Source: Candidatus Nanohaloarchaea archaeon | GTDB lineage: Archaea > Nanohalarchaeota > Nanosalinia > Nanosalinales > Nanosalinaceae | Length of the DNA stretch: 64,000 bases | Direction: 5' to 3' | Assembly: GCA_042218325.1 (NCBI GenBank) | Contig: JBDGRE010000010.1 | Coordinates: forward strand, 10,524-74,523 | Notes under the pieces: model-generated | The model's database searches: none | Seen by the model: only the letters and a program-made list of their open reading frames with translations | What the model was told of the DNA's origin: nothing | Shown here: positions 58,149 to 64,000 of the stretch, piece by piece | Numbering within the stretch: position 1 is the stretch's first letter | Layout: each line of letters starts with the position of its first letter | Translations under genes and position numbers: made by a program

Positions 58149-59062
58149 CTCTCCTCTATGCTGATGGCGTTCTCTCCGGTTTTCGTTATCTCCAGCGTGT
58201 GTGAGCCCTGCCCCAGCTCCAGCCCGGATTTTACGTCGAGTCCGGGTGTTTCAAGCGCAGTCCTTACAGTCGCCTCTTCGGGCGTGAAGAAGGCGAAGCT
58301 TGCCTCCAGCCGGGCCTCGAAGCTGTTCCCGAGCACGTCGGCCTGGTCGTCCTCGATGTTCTCGTGGCCTCCACGGGTGAATGGAAGGTAGAAGCTCCCG
58401 TCCTCTCTTTCCATCACCAGCCTGTTCTCGCCCTGGAGTTTTCTCTCCGCGCGTATCATGTTAGGGGCGACGATGCCCGCCACTGACCCGCCGCCTTCAG
58501 AGACTATATACGGGTATTCTGCCAGTCTTATCTCCTCCTGCCCGACACGGGTGTCATCTATATAGACGGTGTCGGATGAGGTCAGGTTGAACTCCATCTC
58601 CATCGTGATGTTCTCCGGTGCGGCGAAGAAGCCGCAGATCTGCTGGTCGTAGAAACCTGGTTCCGCGACGTGGGCGTTCGTCTGGCTGGAAACGGACATC
58701 AGTGTGGTCTTGTTCGACGGGCAGGAGTCTCTTACGCTTGTGACCATCCTGCCGGTGCATACGGGCACCTTGTAGCTGGAGAACTGGGAGAGATGTGCAG
58801 CGCTGTTGTTCTCGGAGAGGTAGAAGCCGGCGTTCTTTGTGCAGGAGGAAGCTACTTTCGCCTCTATTATACCTTTAACGCAGAGGTTCTGGCTGTACAT
58901 CCCGGGTGGGCCCGGGTTGCCGTACTCCACGGCTTTTCCCGGCATCGATATAACCGGCTCGTAGTCCTGCGGGCAGCTGGGCTGGATAGTAGAATTCAGG
59001 CTGCTGGCCCCGGCTGAACCCGCGAAAATTCCGAGCAACAGGAGCAGGAAGGCCTTCCTCAT
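58145..59062 (-). CDS. Secreted Cys-rich protein
   Basis: Signal peptide; repeated C...AH...C units; translationally coupled to the adhesin. Confidence 0.75.
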   Translation of the reverse strand: MRKAFLLLLLGIFAGSAGASSLNSTIQPSCPQDYEPVISMPGKAVEYGNPGPPGMYSQNLCVKGIIEAKVASSCTKNAGFYLSENNSAAHLSQFSSYKVPVCTGRMVTSVRDSCPSNKTTLMSVSSQTNAHVAEPGFYDQQICGFFAAPENITMEMEFNLTSSDTVYIDDTRVGQEEIRLAEYPYIVSEGGGSVAGIVAPNMIRAERKLQGENRLVMEREDGSFYLPFTRGGHENIEDDQADVLGNSFEARLEASFAFFTPEEATVRTALETPGLDVKSGLELGQGSHTLEITKTGENAISIEER

Positions 59063-59141
59063 ACGGTTTTAATCCGCTTCTCTTGTTATTAAATCGCGGT
59101 GCACGAAGACGTTAAAAACGTCGGCCGTGGAATACTCGACT

Positions 59142-59762
59142 ATGGTGGACTTGGAGCTCTCGAACCTTTCCCGCAGGCAGGCACTCGTCTCTTTTCTGGT
59201 AGCTGGCCTTCTGGTAGGTGCAGGCCTGACTTTTCTGGGTATGAACCTCGACAAGGTCTCGAAGCAGCAGGCCGGGCAGGAGGTTGTCTCGACCCTTGAA
59301 GCCCAGACCGGCCAGGACCTTGAGCTTCTCAACGTCGAGAAGCGGAGCGGACTGTACGTGGTCAACGTCCGGGGCCAGAACAACCAAGTCTCGACTTTCT
59401 ACGTCACCCAGGACGGTTCGACCGTCGCGACCTCTGTCTCGAGTCTTGACCAGACACGGCGGCTGGCGAACGCCAGGAGCACGCTCTCCAGCTGCATGCA
59501 GCAGAGGAATGTCGTGATGTTCGGAAATATCTCGCAGCGGGAGACCCAGGCGCAGATACAGCTGCTCGGCGGCCAGAGGTATGTTTCCGGTATCTACGCT
59601 GATATCAACAACCAGCAAGTGCTCCAGCAGGCAGCCCAGATAGGCATCCAGAGGGTGCCGGCCTTCTACTACAACGGGTCGGTCAGGCAGGGCGTCCAGA
59701 CACCGCAGCAGCTTGTACAGTTCACCGGCTGCAGCTACAGTTTCAACAGCAGCTCAAGCTAG
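59142..59762 (+). CDS. Membrane-anchored thioredoxin-like protein lacking CxxC
   Basis: TM, then LSSC...VMFG...IQRVPAFYYNG...GVQTPQQLVQFTGC. Confidence 0.65.
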   Translation: MVDLELSNLSRRQALVSFLVAGLLVGAGLTFLGMNLDKVSKQQAGQEVVSTLEAQTGQDLELLNVEKRSGLYVVNVRGQNNQVSTFYVTQDGSTVATSVSSLDQTRRLANARSTLSSCMQQRNVVMFGNISQRETQAQIQLLGGQRYVSGIYADINNQQVLQQAAQIGIQRVPAFYYNGSVRQGVQTPQQLVQFTGCSYSFNSSSS

Positions 59763-59839
59763 CGCTCAGAGGGCTTCAATGGCGCCACCTGAAGCTTTTT
59801 ATTCAAGTCAGGGAAACCTCTGTTCAAGGCGCCTACCAG

Positions 59840-62800
59840 ATGAGAAAACCTTTACTGCTGATTTCGGTTCTGATTTTCTCTGTAGCTACAGCAGCTGCGG
59901 CGACCAACGAGCCACGACACCCTCTCAGCCAGATATATCCTGTCGACGAGGCTCTTAATATGTCGGACAGGGCTATCTTCAACGTCTCTGAACTGCGGCT
60001 GAGGAACGGGCTGCAGATCGATGGCACATCGATCCAGGACCCTGGAAACGTCAACATCCTGGAGTGGGATGCAGCGAACAACGAGTGGGATGTCAGGAAC
60101 TCGGACCTGAACCTGAACGGCAACTCGATAAACGGTTTCTTCTCCTCGGCTTGTCCTGACGGCCAGATGATCGACCAGATAAACGCTGACGGCAGCTACG
60201 GCTGCGCCTCGGTAGTGGGCGAGACCGCGAACCTCTACGTCAACGAGACCGGCGACAACCTGACCGGTGACCTCGACATGAACGGCAACCGTATAACCAA
60301 CATAACCTCGCAGGGTCCAGGGGACGCTGTCAACAAATCCTACGTGGACAACAACGATGATACACTTGCTGATGACCAGGACTTCGCTGATGTGCTCGGC
60401 CAGGATAACTCTGCCGGCAGCTTCAACGTCGACATGAACGGCCAGGATATACTTAACGTGAACGAGATAAGCAACGGCTCGAACAGTGTCGGCTTCGGCA
60501 GCAGCATCGACCTCAAGGGTAACAACATAGTCAACCCCGGCAACACGGACGGCGTGGACCTCGACAATCCTGGCAACGGCATCTCGATTTCCGGCAGCCA
60601 GTACGTCATACCCACGGGTGCGATAGCCGACGACGAGCTGAGCGACACCTCGAGACTTACTATCAACGGCATCGACCTGACCGACTCCATGAACGCCTCG
60701 GGCAACACCATCCACATGGTAGGCCCGGCGACCCACCAGTACGACGCGGTCAACAAGTCTTACGTCGATGACAACGACGACACGATAAGTGATGACCAGA
60801 ACCTGCAGGATGTTCTTGGCCAGGGCAACTCCGCCGGCGACTTCAACATCGATATGAGCCAGGAAGACCTGAAACGGCTGCGCCGCGTGCAGTTTGCGGA
60901 CAACAACGGCGACGCGGCCCGGTTCAACATCACCGAGAGCGGCGGCGACCTACAGCTACTGTACAACGGCAACCAGCGCCTCAACGTGCTGAAGAGCGGA
61001 GGAATCGAAGTAAGGAATGGAAATATTGAGATGCAGAACAGCAATTTCCTTCAGGGCAGGGACGCAGATGGGAATCTGGTTAACCTGATAGGTCAAACGA
61101 GTAATGCTGCTACTCTTATAGGCACCAGTGGGGGTACGGATTCTGGTTCAGGTTCTGGAGATGTCAGGATAAATATCAATCGAGAATTCCAAGTTAGAGA
61201 TACTGCGGGCGGAACTCCGCATCCTACACGTTTCCAGGTCAGTCATGGAGCGCGGGAAGTCGATATAGGTCTGGATGGGGGAACAAATTTGGATTTAAAC
61301 AGCAACAATATCACGAACATCGATAGAATAAAGCTCGAGAACGGAGGGCGGATTTACGAACCATCAAGTGGAGAAATCGGTTTTAGGGCAGGAGGGACGC
61401 GTTACATGAACATTGGTAACCAGGGCCAGGTAGAGATATACTCGGGACTGGATATGGCAGTGAACCCCATAAGCCGGGTAACAAGCATTTCTGGCACCTC
61501 CAACGACTTCGTCATCAGCGGTCGTGGAGGGGTCGACGACCAGATAAGCCTGAGAAGCAGCCACACTGGCACCGACATGCTGGAGTTCGCGAACACCGGG
61601 CCTCTCGACATACGGAACCCTGTAACCGGCAACGACATCATCAGGATGAACGCTTCCGGCGGATCAAGCGTCGCAGTGCCAAATGGTGATTTAGATATGT
61701 CCGGGAATAGGATAGTGAGTATCGGGAGTGGAGGTACGGAGTTCGACTCCAGCGGCAACCTAATAATGCAGAACGACGGCAATTACCTGATGGTCAACGG
61801 CGTACAGTTCGGAACCTGGGGAGGCGGCTCCGCACAGATTCGGGGCGCCACCACCAGTCGAGGCGTCAGGCTTCAGGCAGGAGGAGGATCAAACATTCTT
61901 GTGGCTGACGGCAGCAACATGAACGTCAGGATACCGAATGGCAACCTCAGCTTGGAGAACAACACCATAACAGATATCGCCTCTCCTGATGACCCGTTCG
62001 ACGCCGCCAATAAGCAGTATGTGGATAGTAGTGATAATACTGTCAGCGATGACCAGAACCTGCAGGATGTTCTTGGCCAGGGCAACTCCGCCGGCGACTT
62101 CAACATCGATATGAGCCAGGAAGACCTGAAACGGCTGCGCCGCGTGCAGTTTGCGGACAACAACGGCGACGCGGCCCGGTTCAACATCACCGAGAGCGGC
62201 GGCGACCTACAGCTACTGTACAACGGCAACCAGCGCCTCAACGTGCTGAAGAGCGGAGGAATCGAGGTAAGGAACGGCGGGCTCTCGCTCAACCAGAACC
62301 CCGTTCTGGACCCGGGAGAGGTGGACGGCGTCAACATCAGCGACCCCGGCAACGCGATAGTCATCAGCGGGAACCAGTACGCAGTTGCTTCTGGGGGTAT
62401 AGGGAGCGACGAACTTGCTTCAGGCGCTGTAACTGCGAGCGGCACCGAACTTGGCTCTTCCGTAGCCGGCAACCAGCTCTCGCTCAGCTCGGGAGCTCTC
62501 GCCGTCGATGAAGGCTCCGGTTCGGGGCTGGACGCGGATACTCTCGACGGGGTACAGCTCGCCAACATCAACTGGGGTGACGTCGCGATGGCACAGGGAG
62601 ACGTGGATGTAGCAGACCTCGACCCTGCAACCACCTCACTTGATATGAATGGCAATCAGGTACAGAACGTCGTATCGAACTCGGCCGGTGACGCCGTCAA
62701 CAAGTCCTACGTGGATGACAGCGACAATACGATAAGCGATGACCAGAACCTGGAGGATGTTCTCGGCCAGGGCAACTCCACCGGCAGCTTCGACATCAAC

Positions 62801-63424
62801 ATGAACGGGAACGACTTATTGACCGGAGGGGGAACCGTCAGCGTGGTCGACTCCACAAATAATCAGGATGTGGCCCGGTTCGACGAAGGCGGGAACGTCG
62901 AGATACCGAACGGCAACTTTAGGGTGACGGGAGGTACTAGTAGTACGAGAGTCTCAATCACAGGCGCCCAAGGTAAGTCACTAACTATAGAGGGAAACGT
63001 TGAATCTTATTCTCAGTTGAGCGCAGATGCAGGGGTTATTAGCGGTCCAAGCGCCCGCAGTATCGCTATTCAAATCAATAGTAATAGTGTGGAGGATAAA
63101 TTTGCTGTCACTGATGACGACGGAGACGAACACTTCAATGTCGAAAGTGGGGGGGAGGTTAACATCCCCAGCGGCAACCTCAACATGAATAACAACAACA
63201 TAAACGAAGTGGCATCCATCGACGGCGGCGGGAACGATATCTCTGTGGATGACAGTGTGGAGATGAACGGGAATCAGGTGCAGGGAGCTGGCAAGGTCGG
63301 TGTCGGCACGAGCAGTCCGCAGGAGGATCTTGATGTCGATGGAACCGCGTCGGTTTCGAACTCGGGTACTACGATGGAGGTCAACTCCAACGGCGATATG
63401 GTGGTGACTCTTGGCAGTGGATAG
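59840..63424 (+). CDS. Large secreted repetitive fibre/adhesin-like protein
   Basis: Signal peptide; many LDMNGNxI repeats; four DA(V/A)NKxYVD-DDQ modules; VGVGTSSP...LDVDG at the end. Confidence 0.85.
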   Translation: MRKPLLLISVLIFSVATAAAATNEPRHPLSQIYPVDEALNMSDRAIFNVSELRLRNGLQIDGTSIQDPGNVNILEWDAANNEWDVRNSDLNLNGNSINGFFSSACPDGQMIDQINADGSYGCASVVGETANLYVNETGDNLTGDLDMNGNRITNITSQGPGDAVNKSYVDNNDDTLADDQDFADVLGQDNSAGSFNVDMNGQDILNVNEISNGSNSVGFGSSIDLKGNNIVNPGNTDGVDLDNPGNGISISGSQYVIPTGAIADDELSDTSRLTINGIDLTDSMNASGNTIHMVGPATHQYDAVNKSYVDDNDDTISDDQNLQDVLGQGNSAGDFNIDMSQEDLKRLRRVQFADNNGDAARFNITESGGDLQLLYNGNQRLNVLKSGGIEVRNGNIEMQNSNFLQGRDADGNLVNLIGQTSNAATLIGTSGGTDSGSGSGDVRININREFQVRDTAGGTPHPTRFQVSHGAREVDIGLDGGTNLDLNSNNITNIDRIKLENGGRIYEPSSGEIGFRAGGTRYMNIGNQGQVEIYSGLDMAVNPISRVTSISGTSNDFVISGRGGVDDQISLRSSHTGTDMLEFANTGPLDIRNPVTGNDIIRMNASGGSSVAVPNGDLDMSGNRIVSIGSGGTEFDSSGNLIMQNDGNYLMVNGVQFGTWGGGSAQIRGATTSRGVRLQAGGGSNILVADGSNMNVRIPNGNLSLENNTITDIASPDDPFDAANKQYVDSSDNTVSDDQNLQDVLGQGNSAGDFNIDMSQEDLKRLRRVQFADNNGDAARFNITESGGDLQLLYNGNQRLNVLKSGGIEVRNGGLSLNQNPVLDPGEVDGVNISDPGNAIVISGNQYAVASGGIGSDELASGAVTASGTELGSSVAGNQLSLSSGALAVDEGSGSGLDADTLDGVQLANINWGDVAMAQGDVDVADLDPATTSLDMNGNQVQNVVSNSAGDAVNKSYVDDSDNTISDDQNLEDVLGQGNSTGSFDINMNGNDLLTGGGTVSVVDSTNNQDVARFDEGGNVEIPNGNFRVTGGTSSTRVSITGAQGKSLTIEGNVESYSQLSADAGVISGPSARSIAIQINSNSVEDKFAVTDDDGDEHFNVESGGEVNIPSGNLNMNNNNINEVASIDGGGNDISVDDSVEMNGNQVQGAGKVGVGTSSPQEDLDVDGTASVSNSGTTMEVNSNGDMVVTLGSG
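60791..62265 (+). repeat. Exact 218-bp intragenic direct repeat (60791-61008 = 62048-62265)
   Basis: Base-by-base comparison found no mismatch; the 1257-bp offset is in frame. Confidence 0.9.
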
Positions 63425-64000
63425 AGAAAAGCTCGTGATACTAGAGGCCGCAGTACTACTCCTGGCCGGTCATGCGGTTGCAAAGGACTTCGTGATCCAG
63501 GATTCGTCCGGGAACGATCTCTTCGTGGTCAATGAGACCGGGGAGAAGAATGTCCTGAACGGGGACCTGTACCTCAACGGCAACGCGCTCCGCAACCCGG
63601 CCAGCATCGACAGCTTTTTCGCCTCCGCATGCAGCGGCGACCAGGTAATACAGGGAATCAACGCGGACGGGTCATACAGCTGCGTTGATCCGGCCTCAGG
63701 CCTGTCGACCGAGTCTCTTAACGCCACTTTACAGGCCGGGAACCTCGCGAACCAGACGATAAATATGGCTGGCAACAATCTCCTCTCGGTCGGCGGTCTT
63801 TCGACCTCCGGTACCTTTACTTCCAGCGACAACTATATCCAGGGCGGCACCGCCTCGTTCTCGAACTTGCGTGACGGCAGCGGAGCGGAGATAGATGTGC
63901 AGAGCAACTTCGAGATGAACGGCAACAGCATACAGAGCAATGACGGCTCGGAGTTCTCCATAAGCAACCTGGACGCGGTTAATGACGGCTTCTCGGTAGG
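63417..64000 (+). CDS. Paralogous secreted fibre-like protein (runs off window end; absent from ORF track)
   Basis: GTG at 63417 after GGTGA; MDREKLVILEAAVLLLAGHAVAKDF...FFASACSGDQVIQGINADGSYSC resembles the upstream FFSSACPDGQMIDQINADGSYGC. Confidence 0.8.
   Translation, partial: MDREKLVILEAAVLLLAGHAVAKDFVIQDSSGNDLFVVNETGEKNVLNGDLYLNGNALRNPASIDSFFASACSGDQVIQGINADGSYSCVDPASGLSTESLNATLQAGNLANQTINMAGNNLLSVGGLSTSGTFTSSDNYIQGGTASFSNLRDGSGAEIDVQSNFEMNGNSIQSNDGSEFSISNLDAVNDGFSV

Noticed and set aside
198-63832. Numerous long antisense or alternate-frame ORFs in the track (e.g. 3873-4739, 23299-24177, 42997-43899)
   Set aside because: They are shadows of real genes caused by GC-rich codon bias and show no motifs.
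59840-64000. Provirus tail region
   Set aside because: Both proteins have Sec-type signal peptides, and no capsid, terminase or integrase genes are nearby.

Overview
A compact, GC-rich archaeal chromosome segment with a strongly acidic cytoplasmic proteome. Gene content and density best fit a halophilic DPANN organism, most likely Nanohaloarchaeota; this is inferred, not tested. Housekeeping genes: aIF2-gamma, eS6, TrkH/TrkA, photolyase, Lhr helicase, RFC small and large subunits, thermosome, GatD/GatE, thioredoxin, AK6-type kinase and tRNA-Pro(TGG). It also holds a MoxR/DUF58/vWA operon, a type IV pilus locus, a second paralogous pilin cluster with an FG-GAP/LamG adhesin, and large repetitive fibre-like surface proteins. 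Most notable: (1) an operon joining an MscS channel fused to a papain/C39-like domain (catalytic His replaced by Asn) with one apparently active and one degenerate RimK-type ATP-grasp protein, facing a third ATP-grasp gene; (2) three extra copies of the tRNA-Pro 3' end with a shared GAAACTT/AAGTTTC motif, the first bracketing an integrase-free JAB-domain cassette, with a CheD-like gene after the last; (3) syntenic paralogous pilin modules; (4) a mosaic fibre protein with an exact 218-bp internal duplication; (5) several cryptic broken genes that the ORF track misses or only partly captures. All calls come from motif recognition by eye; no database searches were run.
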